From contig CAXXVS010000002.1 in assembly GCA_963674755.2 (NCBI GenBank), positions 2,464,001 through 2,528,000 on the forward strand: a DNA stretch of 64,000 nt, read 5' to 3'. The number at the start of each line of letters is the position of its first letter. Position 1 is the first letter of the stretch. Shown here one piece after another: positions 18,511 to 28,310 of this stretch. Below the pieces are notes generated by a model. It made no database searches. It worked only from the letters and a program-made list of their open reading frames with translations, and was not told the origin of the DNA. Source of the DNA: Desulfobacterales bacterium. Lineage in GTDB: Bacteria > Desulfobacterota > Desulfobacteria > Desulfobacterales > UBA5852. Made by a program: the position numbers and the translations under genes.

Positions 18511-19086
18511 ATGCTGGCGGCCCTGTTGCTGCCCCTGCCGGCCCCGGAAGCCCATCCCCATGTATTTATCGTGCAGCGTCTGACACTTGTATTCGACGCT
18601 GAAGGACTGGGCGGAATCAAGGTCTGGTGGAAATTCGACGACATGTTCGCCAGCATGATTGCCGAGGATCATGATACGAACCGGGACGGTCGTCTGGAAG
18701 CCGAAGAGGTGCAGTCGGTAAAGGAGAATGCTTTTGCCTTCATCAAAACTTACAACTACTTCACCTTTATCCGGATCGACGGCCGACCTTTCGACGTGAA
18801 GTTCGTCAAAGACTTCAACGCCGTTCTTGAAGACAATCGTCTGGTCTACGAATTCTTTATCCCCTGCCATGTGACAGCTATCACTGCTCCCAAAAAGCTG
18901 GCCATCGTCACCTACGATCCCAACTATTACTCGGCCATTTATTTTACCCAGAAGGCCCCGGTTTCCCTGAGCGCCGCTGATGCCTATGAGGTCAAGACCG
19001 AAGTACGTGAAGATCCGGACACGTCGATCTATTATGATATGGTCCACCCCTGGGCGCTCTTCCTGGAATTTCGGAAAAGGGTATGA
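18511..19086 (+). CDS. DUF1007-family exported protein (Ni/Co transport-associated)
   Basis: A|HPHVFI, W.FD.MF, EF-hand-like DTNRDGRLEAEE, YNYFT, YDPNYY; an in-frame TGA at 18478-18480 separates it from an upstream ATG at 18445. Confidence 0.8.
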   Translation: MLAALLLPLPAPEAHPHVFIVQRLTLVFDAEGLGGIKVWWKFDDMFASMIAEDHDTNRDGRLEAEEVQSVKENAFAFIKTYNYFTFIRIDGRPFDVKFVKDFNAVLEDNRLVYEFFIPCHVTAITAPKKLAIVTYDPNYYSAIYFTQKAPVSLSAADAYEVKTEVREDPDTSIYYDMVHPWALFLEFRKRV

Positions 19087-19507
19087 AGCGTTTTTGGCTT
19101 GCGGCGATCATGTTGACCATCAGTGTAGCGGCGGCTGCACCCACCTGGGCTCAAAACCCTTTCACGGACAAACCGGGAATTCAGCAAAAAACACCCGCCC
19201 CCCCCATCAAGAACAAGTTCTTCGTCAAAATCGTCCTGTGGCAGCACCAATGGTCATGCTCTTTTGCCTGTCCATGGATGTGATGGTGCTGGGTCTGGTG
19301 CTGGTCGGCTGCCTGGCACTCGGCATGGCCACCACCATTTCCATCGTTGTAATCGCCGTGACCTTGGGCAAAAGCGGTCTGTTCACCCTGGTCTCCGACC
19401 AGCGGGCCCACACCATCGAAGGCATCCTGGGGCTTGTCTCCGGGGGAGCCCTTGCCGCTTTCGGGGTTGTTTTCCTTCTGGCCACCGTCCAGGCCGCCTA
19501 CTTTTGA
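19083..19507 (+). pseudogene. RcnA/HoxN-like Ni/Co transporter with large internal deletion and frameshift
   Basis: N-terminus AQNPF...KIVLWQHQ continues out of frame into VMLFCLS...GMATTIS...C-terminal TMs; follows DUF1007. Confidence 0.6.
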
Positions 19508-19532
19508 CCTTATAGGCGCCGTAGTTACAATT

Positions 19533-20837
19533 CTATTGGCCTACCAGGCGCCAGACAACGCCTGACGCCGCTCCCAACGGCACCAGGTAATGAATGGGCA
19601 GGTGCCATTTCTGCAGCAGCACCAGGGAAACCACCGCGGATGCCGCCGCAAAAAAATCGATGCCGCCCTCGGGCAGCACGACTTTGTAGCCGAACCAGAC
19701 GGCCAGATTGAGCACCACCCCCACCACCGCCGCGGTGACACCGGTGAGGGCAGCCTGCAAGCGCTGATTGCCGGCCATGGCCTCGATGAAAGGGGCGCCT
19801 GCAAAGATGAAGAAAAAGCAGGGCAGAAAGGTCACATAAGTGGTCACGAGGGCGCCGGCGATGCCGGCCGTCAGCGGGGTGAGCCCGCCCGGCAGGTTCC
19901 AGGCCGCCAGAAACCCCACGTACTGGGTCACCATGATCAGGGGACCAGGGGTTGATTCGGCCAGACCGAGACCGATCATCATCTGAGGAGTGGAAAGCCA
20001 CCCGCTGGAGACGGCCACATCCGTGATATAGCTCAGCACGGCATAGGCGCCGCCGAAGGTCACAAAAGCCGCCTTGGTAAAAAACAACCCGAGCTGGGTC
20101 AGCGTGTGGCCACCCTGCCAGAGCCAAAGCCCTCCGACGGCCAGCCCCCACAGGAAAAAGCAAACCAGAAATACCCGGATGACATGGAAAAGGGTTGGCC
20201 GGGATCTGGTCCCGGCCTCGTCCTGCTCGTCTTCGATGCGGCACTCCCGGGTCTCCCGGTCGAAGCGTCCTTTGCAGAAGACCTCGGGCAGACGCCGCTG
20301 CAGGAGCAGCCCCCCGATGGCGGCCGCCGCCACGATAGCCGGGAACGGGATTTTCAGAACAAAAATGGCGATAAAGGCCAGGGCCGCAAAGAGATAGAGC
20401 ACACCATGTTTGAGGGCCTTCTTGCCGATGCGCCATACCGCTTCGATCACCACGGCCACCACCACCGGCTGGATGCCGTAAAAGGCGGCCGCCACGGCCG
20501 GAACGTCGATATGGGCCACCGCCAGGTAGCTCAGGGCCAGCATGATGAAAATCGACGGGATCACGAACAGCGCCCCGGCCGCGATGCCCCCCAGGGTGCC
20601 ATGCAGGCGCCAGCCGATATAGGTGGCCAGCTGCTGGGCTTCGGGGCCGGGCAGCAGCATGCAGAAATTCAAGGCCCGCAGGAACTGGTTTTCACCGATC
20701 CAACGGCGGCGCTCCACCACTTCCTGATGCATGACGGCGATCTGGCCGGCAGGCCCGCCGAAGCTGATGAATCCCAGTTTGGCCCAAAATTTGAGAGCCT
20801 CCTTGAAGGACGTCGGGGACGGGGGTGATGTCGTCAT
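19533..20837 (-). CDS. chrA: Chromate efflux transporter (long-chain CHR)
   Basis: KLGFISFGGPAGQI, LLPGPEAQQLA, TFGGAYAVL, AESTPGPLIM. Confidence 0.95.
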   Translation of the reverse strand: MTTSPPSPTSFKEALKFWAKLGFISFGGPAGQIAVMHQEVVERRRWIGENQFLRALNFCMLLPGPEAQQLATYIGWRLHGTLGGIAAGALFVIPSIFIMLALSYLAVAHIDVPAVAAAFYGIQPVVVAVVIEAVWRIGKKALKHGVLYLFAALAFIAIFVLKIPFPAIVAAAAIGGLLLQRRLPEVFCKGRFDRETRECRIEDEQDEAGTRSRPTLFHVIRVFLVCFFLWGLAVGGLWLWQGGHTLTQLGLFFTKAAFVTFGGAYAVLSYITDVAVSSGWLSTPQMMIGLGLAESTPGPLIMVTQYVGFLAAWNLPGGLTPLTAGIAGALVTTYVTFLPCFFFIFAGAPFIEAMAGNQRLQAALTGVTAAVVGVVLNLAVWFGYKVVLPEGGIDFFAAASAVVSLVLLQKWHLPIHYLVPLGAASGVVWRLVGQ

Positions 20838-20952
20838 ACAGCCTCCCTTGAAGCGCTACGAAGCAGGAAAACCACCTATGGGGCAAACGGAAATGATCGG
20901 CCGGCCAGCTGATTCCGGTTGGCCGGCGTCGAACCGGCCAGCCGGAGTTGTC

Positions 20953-21264
20953 TCAGGAAAGCCCGGTGGATGTGTCGACCTCACAGCGGTTCTCGGGACA
21001 GAAGACATCCAGCCAGAAGCTTTTCTTGGCCTGAGGGTCTTCACAGGAGACCGGCACGCGGAGGCGCTCTTCTTCGATGAAACAGGCGTCGTCCGGGCAA
21101 AAGACTTCCAGCCAGACGCCTTTTTTATGGCAGGCCGTCTCGTAGGCCTTCTCCTGCTCAGACAGACTATGGCGCTTGTCTTCCGACAGCACCTGGGCAT
21201 GACGTAGGAAAACACGCTTGCGTTTTGACGCGTTGGTTTCATGGGGTTCGTTGTGATGTGTCAT
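20953..21264 (-). CDS. Small hypothetical protein with duplicated WLxVFCPxxxC motif
   Basis: RBS AAGGAG; KGVWLEVFCPDDAC and KSFWLDVFCPENRC; within the chr operon. Confidence 0.7.
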   Translation of the reverse strand: MTHHNEPHETNASKRKRVFLRHAQVLSEDKRHSLSEQEKAYETACHKKGVWLEVFCPDDACFIEEERLRVPVSCEDPQAKKSFWLDVFCPENRCEVDTSTGLS

Positions 21265-22120
21265 GGTTTATCTCCTTATATGCAGGCAACGGGATGTCGC
21301 GGCCGTAAACCACGAAACCTGCCGTGCCGATGATCCCGAAGACCAAGGCGGTCACCAGATTGGTCTCCGGGCTGATTTGCCAAAGCATCGCCCCGCCGAA
21401 AGCGGCCAGGGATACGACCACATCCCGGATCAGGTAGTAAAGCCCGAACATGCCGGCTTGGCAGGTTTCCGGCGCCAGATCCATGATCAGGGACTTGCGG
21501 GTGGGCTCGCCGAACTCCTTGAGCCTCCGCAGGACAAAGGCTGCCATCAACCATTCGAAGGAGTGGCTGAACAGCAGCACAAGGGGAAAAAGCGTAAAAA
21601 AGCCGAAAGTGATGAGCACGAAGGGCTTCTTGGTGGTCCGGTCGGCCAGGTAGGCCACCGGAATGTAGACCAGCACCGCCGTTGCCATTTCAATGGCGGT
21701 CAACCAACCGAACTGCAGGGCCGACACGGGTTCGGCGATCACCTTCATGCTCCAGACGACCACGAAGGCGTAGGGGATCTGCTCGCAGAAACGGATGAGG
21801 ATGTCGGTGACCAGCAGCCGTTTCATGGCGGGATTCATGATCCTCGGCAATTTGATCGGACTCTTCTCGGGCGTGAGGGGACAGGAATCACCGGACGATA
21901 CGCGCTCCGGTCGGTCGTCCGCGATCATGCGCTGTTGCAGGAACAACGCCGCCACCGTCATGGCCAGGGCCATGATGTAGATGGGCAGGAAACGCTCGGC
22001 CATGCGCTCGCCCATGCCCACCAGCACCACCATGGCCAGCATACCGACGGTGCTGCGCTGAAGACCGAGGAAACCGCTCAGCCGGGAGGCCCTCGTTTTT
22101 AAGGCGTCCGATGTGGCCAT
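21239..22120 (-). pseudogene. MFS transporter with in-frame internal deletion of the N-terminal half
   Basis: First TM (GERMAERFLPIY) joins directly to mid-protein; C-half motifs LADRTTKKPF, KEFGEPTRKSLI, FGLYYLIRD; 293 aa, short for a 12-TM MFS. Confidence 0.65.
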
Positions 22121-22235
22121 GGTCACGCCCTTATCCTTCGCGCCAAGCCACATGGGCCTGGAATCGCATATTCCATTGCATGTCGAAATTCCCGGCGCAT
22201 CCCTGGTCGGCTGGCGCCCATCAGCCGCAGGCGAT

Positions 22236-23207
22236 TCAGCGCGCCTTCTGGCGCCGGTAATGCGCATATAAATGGTCCATCAGCTGCATGCCGAGATCCA
22301 GCCGCCGCCCGTCGTCCGGCTCCGCGGCGGCCAGCCCGTTCAGCAACGCCTTCACGCCGTCCGTTTCGGCGCGCCGGTATTTGGCATCCTTCAGATCGAT
22401 GTCGTGGATGACTTCGGACAACGCTCCCAGACCCGGATTCCCAAGGCCAAGCCGTTGCACCATGACTTCAAACGTGCAGTGCTCCCCTTCGTGGGTGAAG
22501 TCGCCCTCAAACATGTCGAACCGGACCTCGTTCGGCCCGGCGGCATGGGTTTCGGGATCGACGAATTGGATGTCGGCATCCTCCTCCACGAAGCGTCGAA
22601 TAAGCCAGCCGCAGGCAATGCGATCCACGAAGATATTGCGCCGCGTCACCCACGTCTTGCCGCGCAATTCAGCGCGTTTGCCAGGGAGGCCGGTTTCCGC
22701 GCTCTCGCCCGCAAGGCGTGAGGATAGATCCCGGATCAGCAACTCCGCCGTCCCCCGCTCCGGCGCCCTGAAAAAATCGATGGCGGCAACCTCGTCGAAC
22801 CGCCGCTGCAACCTGGCGACCTGGGTCGCCGCTTTGGTTGCCGGATCCTGGGGATTGATGGCGTGCGCCGCCCATTCCGTTAGCAGGAGATTCGCCTCCT
22901 GGATGATTCTTCCATAGTCCGCCTTACGGGCATTCTGAAACAGGGCGATCACCTGATCGTCATTGAGTCCCTCCTTGAACCGCACTTCGGATATGGAACC
23001 ATCTCCCCCGCCGTCCACGATTTCCCTGAGGGTCCAGTTCAGATCCTCCAGGGAATGCTCGCAAGCGGGCATGACGTATACCGACGGTTTGATGGCCACC
23101 GCCCCCACCTGCTGCAATCGTCGCCAGATCTTGACCCTGAGGGCGTTGGGTTCGGGGGGGAGCTGATGAATCAGGAGAAGCCACTTGTCATGCGATGAGG
23201 TTGCCAT
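22236..23207 (-). CDS. chrB: Chromate resistance regulator ChrB
   Basis: WLLLIHQLP, RVKIWRRL..GAV, WVTRR..VDRIACGWLIRRF, FDM..G.FTH.GEHCTFE, IHDIDLKD. Confidence 0.9.
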   Translation of the reverse strand: MATSSHDKWLLLIHQLPPEPNALRVKIWRRLQQVGAVAIKPSVYVMPACEHSLEDLNWTLREIVDGGGDGSISEVRFKEGLNDDQVIALFQNARKADYGRIIQEANLLLTEWAAHAINPQDPATKAATQVARLQRRFDEVAAIDFFRAPERGTAELLIRDLSSRLAGESAETGLPGKRAELRGKTWVTRRNIFVDRIACGWLIRRFVEEDADIQFVDPETHAAGPNEVRFDMFEGDFTHEGEHCTFEVMVQRLGLGNPGLGALSEVIHDIDLKDAKYRRAETDGVKALLNGLAAAEPDDGRRLDLGMQLMDHLYAHYRRQKAR

Positions 23208-23225
23208 TCAGATATCCAATTCAGA

Positions 23226-23264
23226 TGTTACGTTGAAATTGTAACAGGTGTGACATCATGTCAA
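23226..23264 (-). promoter_or_regulatory. chrB promoter with palindromic operator(s)
   Basis: TGTTAC-N9-GTAACA (23226-23246); TGACAT-C-ATGTCA (23251-23263) overlapping a minus-strand TTGACA. Confidence 0.5.
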
Positions 23265-23861
23265 TGCCCACCTGAATGTTTGGTCCGGCATTGGCCGGCG
23301 GCCGAAGGACCACCATGGAAGGTCACCCTTTTGTATGGGAGATGAAACCAAAAGGTCGGAATTGAAGCGAACAGCCAGGCATCCTGTCAAAAGCTTCGGG
23401 GGGTCGGCATTGGCCGGATAGGCCGGTGTGTCCAGCGGATCTCCCGGATAGATCCGGTAGAAAACACGTCACCTAGCCAGGGCCTGATAGGGAATCTTTT
23501 GGGGAAAGGGGCTCCGGTCGCCAGGGCCTCGGAAAAGGGGATCCCAGGCGCTGCCGACCGTGATGAATACTGCGGTGTCATCCGGTCCCCGGGCAACGTC
23601 AGCCTCCGCCTGCCGATCGAATTTAGGAAGGATGCCGCCGACCGGCGCCAGCTTTCAATACCGCCCGTCGCAATAGAACCGCCAGGCCCCCTCCCGGCAG
23701 AGAATTTCAGCGGGAGGAGGGCCTGGACCCGTACGTGATGGCAACGCTTGCCCGCCTTCGATCGCATGAGGATGCACGCGCGACAGAGATCCCCGCCGGG
23801 TCGGCAAGCAGCCGTGGCGCTCACCTGCGGGTTGGCCGCGCTGCCCGGATGTCTGACGGTC

Positions 23862-24377
23862 TTATTTGTCAAATGGAGTATACATAAACGGTATCTCGAA
23901 GGTGCCGTCCGGAGACTTGCCCGTCATTCCATTATAACCGATGGCGAGGGCCACCGCCCCGGCAGGTATGGTTTGATCACGATGGAAGAGGCGTACTTTA
24001 GGATTTCGGGCGTCAAAGTCAGTGAAGTCCACAAAGGAGAAAAAGTTTTTAATGCTGATCACCTCGCCGCGCGCATCCAGAAAATAGAGGTGAAAGACCA
24101 GCTCATTGATGCTATCAAAGCGGATCTTGCTCGTGCCCCAGATTTTCAATTGATCGCCGACCCTGCGGCACTGGTAGTCAATCGTCATGGCGTTGGTTTC
24201 GAAAGCCCCGGAACTGGTCTGCCCCGGGCTGGGAATGGCCACCCGATTGGCTTCGGGCACCACGCGCCCCATATCCCCCTGACCGAAGGTTTGGCAGCCT
24301 GCCAGCCCGACCGCCATAAAAATCCCGATGAGCATCATGCCAACCGCTGTCTTGCGCTTTATCGAAATTGCGTTCAT
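23862..24377 (-). CDS. Hypothetical lipoprotein
   Basis: Basic n-region, hydrophobic core and lipobox LAGC. Confidence 0.7.
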   Translation of the reverse strand: MNAISIKRKTAVGMMLIGIFMAVGLAGCQTFGQGDMGRVVPEANRVAIPSPGQTSSGAFETNAMTIDYQCRRVGDQLKIWGTSKIRFDSINELVFHLYFLDARGEVISIKNFFSFVDFTDFDARNPKVRLFHRDQTIPAGAVALAIGYNGMTGKSPDGTFEIPFMYTPFDK

Positions 24378-24776
24378 TGTAAGACCCTCTCTTTCTTGGT
24401 GAATGGTAATTGACTCATCACGATACGTCATACGCCAGGGCCGCCGGCAAACAGGAGCCCAAGGAGGCATGCTTTCCATCTTCCTGGGCCGTCCCTTCGG
24501 ATCGGCCTATAGCCGCCTGGCACGGCCCTTCAAAAATAAGGGGTGCGCCAAAGGTTCAGGGCCAGGGCCTGTCGACATATCAATTACCGGAATTCCAAGC
24601 CGTCGAAGGCCATCCATAGGAGGTTCCTGTGAGCGTCCCAGATGTTGTCGTGGAATCGTATGGATCTGAATACAGGCAGAAAGCTACGCGCACCTATCTG
24701 CTATTAAGGCGGAATCTTATACAGCGTCAAGGCGGGTAATCATGTATTTAGGGGGGCTGGCGGCCCACCACGTCGG

Positions 24777-25409
24777 TCACGCATCGCTTTTCCAAATGCG
24801 CGGCTCCGTGCCGGCGAGGAGCCGGCGGATATTATCGCGATGGCGGATCCAGATCCAGGCGGCCGTCAGTCCCGCCCAGAGGGCAAAAACCGCCGAATGG
24901 GTGGCATACCAGACGGTCAGGGGCAAAGTGGCAGTGGCTGCCAGGGAGGCCGCCGACACCCGGTTGAGGCCGCAGGCCGCCATGATGAAGACCAGTCCGC
25001 TGACCCCCAGGGCGCCAGGGGCGACAGCCAGCAGGCAGCCGGCCGCCGTGGCGACCCCTTTGCCGCCGGTCCGGAATTTGAGGAAAACAGGATAGAGATG
25101 GCCGGCCAGGGCGCATACTCCCACCAGGGCCACGTAGGCCTGGATCCAGGGGGAGGGCGCACCTGCCGCCAGACTTCCGGCCCACCACACCGGCAGAAAG
25201 CCTTTGGCGATATCCCCCGACAGCGTCGTCACCGCCGGGAGGGTGCCCACCGTACGCCGCACATTGGTGGCGCCAATATTGCCGCTGCCGGCTTCACGAA
25301 TATCCCCGCGCCCCATGAGGCGGACGATGACAAAGCCGAACGGTATCGAGCCCATCAGATAGGCTGCCCCAGGCAGTCCCAGGGCAATAATCCACAGTCC
25401 CGAATGCAT
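24777..25409 (-). CDS. plsY: Glycerol-3-phosphate acyltransferase PlsY
   Basis: YLMGSIPFG, GSGNIGATNV.R, DIAKG, GHLYPVFLKF.GGKGVAT, RHRDNIRRL. Confidence 0.95.
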   Translation of the reverse strand: MHSGLWIIALGLPGAAYLMGSIPFGFVIVRLMGRGDIREAGSGNIGATNVRRTVGTLPAVTTLSGDIAKGFLPVWWAGSLAAGAPSPWIQAYVALVGVCALAGHLYPVFLKFRTGGKGVATAAGCLLAVAPGALGVSGLVFIMAACGLNRVSAASLAATATLPLTVWYATHSAVFALWAGLTAAWIWIRHRDNIRRLLAGTEPRIWKSDA

Positions 25410-25569
25410 GTGTGCGTCCCTCCAAGCCGATCGCCGTGCCATCCATACCGTCGGCCGACGGTATCGGGGTTGCCTCGCGGGTGAAGTCATGGGAACATAC
25501 CTTGATGCGTTTGGCAGGGCAAGCCCAAGGACGCCGCCCCATGCGGTATGCCCCATTGGAAGGATAATC

Positions 25570-25893
25570 ATGACCGGCGACCAGGATCAACCGCCCTTTG
25601 AGGGGCCAGTCGAACTCGCCATCGATGGCGAACTCGACCTGCATACCTTTCACCCCTCCGAGCTGGCCTTCCTGTTGCAGGACTATATCGACGCCTGCCA
25701 TGCCAAGGGCATTCTCACCCTGCGCATCATCCACGGCAAAGGCCGGGGAGTGCTGCGGGAGCGCGTCCACGCGCTGCTGAAAAGAAACCCTCTGGTCAAA
25801 GAGTTCCGGCTGGCCCCGCCCGAAGCCGGCGGGTGGGGGGCCACCCTGGTGGTGTTGGCGGCCCCCCGACCTTCCCCGGATTTTTCAGGTTGA
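25570..25893 (+). CDS. Stand-alone Smr/MutS2 C-terminal domain endonuclease
   Basis: LDLH, RIIHGKGRGVLR, GGWGATLV. Confidence 0.9.
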   Translation: MTGDQDQPPFEGPVELAIDGELDLHTFHPSELAFLLQDYIDACHAKGILTLRIIHGKGRGVLRERVHALLKRNPLVKEFRLAPPEAGGWGATLVVLAAPRPSPDFSG

Positions 25894-25990
25894 TACTCCG
25901 GAGGTTGGATGTTAGAAATAAGTTATCAAGCTTGATGGGTGGGCATGCTGACAACGCTCCGCCATGGGGCCCGCCGGAACGGGATGCGTG

Positions 25991-26278
25991 ATGGAAAAAA
26001 CAATTGGATGGCATACCAGGGACGACAGCGGAATGGTCAGCAAGACCATTTTGCTGGAAGACCTTCGCCATACCCTGGTGCACATCCTTTGCAAAGACCT
26101 GGACGAGGAAGAGCAGCAGGATATGCAACATTCCATCGACGACTTCATGCTGAACAGCGCCACCCACTACACCTCGGATGAATTGATATCCGATTTCGAC
26201 TCCACCGAAAAAATCCTCGACCATTTCATCGCCCACCTGGAAACCCGCAAGGAAATGGCGGGCCAGACTCTCCACTGA
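25991..26278 (+). CDS. Hypothetical acidic protein
   Basis: 95-aa ORF co-oriented between Smr and archease; no motif recognised. Confidence 0.55.
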   Translation: MEKTIGWHTRDDSGMVSKTILLEDLRHTLVHILCKDLDEEEQQDMQHSIDDFMLNSATHYTSDELISDFDSTEKILDHFIAHLETRKEMAGQTLH

Positions 26279-26402
26279 CCCCCTATCCTACCGGAAGCCG
26301 GCCCCCTGCGCATTCGCGGTCGACGCTTGCATTGTCCCGGCGCCATGCGCATTTTAATTGAGCCGGCGAAAGAAACGGGCCACCCATCAACCATCCCCAG
26401 CC

Positions 26403-26825
26403 ATGAACGAACCGGATACGGGCTTTTTCGAGGAAATCGAGCACACGGCCGACCTTGCATTGCGATGCGGGGGAACGAGCCTGGAAGCCCTTTTCCGTAG
26501 CGCCGCCCGGGGCATGTACCATCTGATGGGGATTGAAACCCGGGGATTGGCCGCCGCTACCCGCCACAGCATGCGCCTGGCGGCCGAGGATGTGGAGGGC
26601 CTTCTGGTGGACTGGCTGGGGGAATTGGCCTACCAGGCGGAAGCCGGGGGCCTCGTCTTCGCAGAGATGCGGTTTGAAACCTTGTCGGCCACCCGCCTTG
26701 GGGCCAAGCTCGTGGGCCGGCCGATCCGGCATATCGACACCTTGATCAAAGCGGTCACCTATCACCAGTTGAAGATTGAAAACGTCGGCCGGGGCTACAC
26801 CGCAACCGTGGTTTTCGACGTGTAA
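26403..26825 (+). CDS. Archease
   Basis: EHTADL, LLVDWLGEL, IKAVTYHQL, VVFDV C-terminus; directly upstream of rtcB. Confidence 0.92.
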   Translation: MNEPDTGFFEEIEHTADLALRCGGTSLEALFRSAARGMYHLMGIETRGLAAATRHSMRLAAEDVEGLLVDWLGELAYQAEAGGLVFAEMRFETLSATRLGAKLVGRPIRHIDTLIKAVTYHQLKIENVGRGYTATVVFDV

Positions 26826-26861
26826 ACGGTCAACCCCGGCAATGAAAGCGTGGATAGCCCC

Positions 26862-28310
26862 ATGGCACTTTTAACCCCCGCCAGAATAGGCCCCTTTACC
26901 TATGAAATTCCCACCGACTGGCGGGCGGATATGCAGGTCCCGGCGCGTCTGCTGGCCGACCCCACAATTCTGAAGGCCGCCTCCGCCGACCGCAGCCTGG
27001 AACAATTGGTTAACACGGCCTGCCTGCCGGGCCTCGTCAAGTATGCCCTGGCCATGCCGGACGTTCACCAGGGGTACGGCTTTCCCATCGGCGGCGTGGC
27101 GGCCACGGAGGTCCCGGACGGGGTCATCTCGCCGGGGGGCGTGGGCTACGACATCAATTGCGGGGTGCGCCTGTTGGGAACCCACCTTTGGCGGGAGGAG
27201 GTGCAGCCCTACCTGGAGGACCTGGTTTCAGCCCTCTACGCCCATTGCCCCAGCGGTGTGGGCCGGGGCGGCACCCTCCGCCTGAATCCCAAGGCGCTTC
27301 GCCAGGTGTTGGAAAGGGGCGCCCGCTGGGCCTTGCAGCAGGGCCTGGCCACGGAAAGCGACTTGGAACGGACCGAGGGCGGCGGCTCCCTGGCCGGAGC
27401 CGACGCCGGCTGCGTCAGCGAGCGGGCCCTGGAGCGCGGCCGGGATCAGGTGGGCACCTTGGGAGCCGGCAACCACTTCATCGAAATCGACGCCGTGGCG
27501 GAAATCTTCGATCCTGCCGCGGCCGAGCGCATGGGCCTGGCCGAAGACGGCGTCGTGGTCCAGATCCATTGCGGCTCCCGCGGCCTGGGCCACCAGGTTT
27601 GCAGCGACTACGTCAAACGCTTCCAGAAAGCCATCCATACTTACGGTCTGCACCTGCCCGACCGGGAGCTGATGTGCGCACCCCTAAGCAGCCCGGAGGG
27701 CCGGGGATACCTGGCCGCCATGACCGCCGCCGCCAACTACGCCTTTGCCAACCGGCAGGTCCTGACCCACGGCATCCGTCTGGGCTTCGAACAGGTCCTG
27801 GCCGGCAAAGTCGCCAACCACCAAGTTTTCCAGGTCTACGACGTGGCCCACAACATGGCCCGCATCGAAACCCACCGGGTCGACGGGCGCCCCCGCGAGC
27901 TCTGCGTCCATCGCAAAGGCGCCACGCGCGCCTTCGGACCGGGATCCCCCGGGCTGCCGCCGGAGTATCGCGATATCGGGCAGCCCGTTCTGGTGCCCGG
28001 CTCCATGGGCACCTGCAGTTGGGTCCTGCGGGGCACCGCAGCGGCCATGGAGCAGACCTTCGGGTCCACCTGCCACGGGGCTGGCCGGCAGATGAGCCGC
28101 CGCCAGGCGCGCAAGCGTTACAAGGGTGCCAGGCTGCGCCAGGCGATGGAAGACAGCGGCATCCATGTGCGGGCCGGCAGCATTTCCGGGCTGGCCGAGG
28201 AGGCCCCCGGGGCTTACAAGGATGTGGACCGGGTGGTGGAAGTGGTGCATGGCGCCGGGATTGCGCGGAAGGTGGCCAGGCTCGTGCCCATCGCCGTCAT
28301 CAAGGGCTGA
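26862..28310 (+). CDS. rtcB: RNA ligase RtcB (archaeal/eukaryote-like, archease-associated type)
   Basis: [63 protein letters not shown]. Confidence 0.96.
   Translation: MALLTPARIGPFTYEIPTDWRADMQVPARLLADPTILKAASADRSLEQLVNTACLPGLVKYALAMPDVHQGYGFPIGGVAATEVPDGVISPGGVGYDINCGVRLLGTHLWREEVQPYLEDLVSALYAHCPSGVGRGGTLRLNPKALRQVLERGARWALQQGLATESDLERTEGGGSLAGADAGCVSERALERGRDQVGTLGAGNHFIEIDAVAEIFDPAAAERMGLAEDGVVVQIHCGSRGLGHQVCSDYVKRFQKAIHTYGLHLPDRELMCAPLSSPEGRGYLAAMTAAANYAFANRQVLTHGIRLGFEQVLAGKVANHQVFQVYDVAHNMARIETHRVDGRPRELCVHRKGATRAFGPGSPGLPPEYRDIGQPVLVPGSMGTCSWVLRGTAAAMEQTFGSTCHGAGRQMSRRQARKRYKGARLRQAMEDSGIHVRAGSISGLAEEAPGAYKDVDRVVEVVHGAGIARKVARLVPIAVIKG

Noticed and set aside
8893..19507. Magnetosome island
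   Set aside because: feoAB is present but no recognisable mam/mad core genes (MamA, B, E, K, M, Q) are in the window
23300..23860. Gene in the chrB-lipoprotein interval (ORFs 23387-23872 and 23499-23738)
   Set aside because: No RBS or motif support and low-information translations
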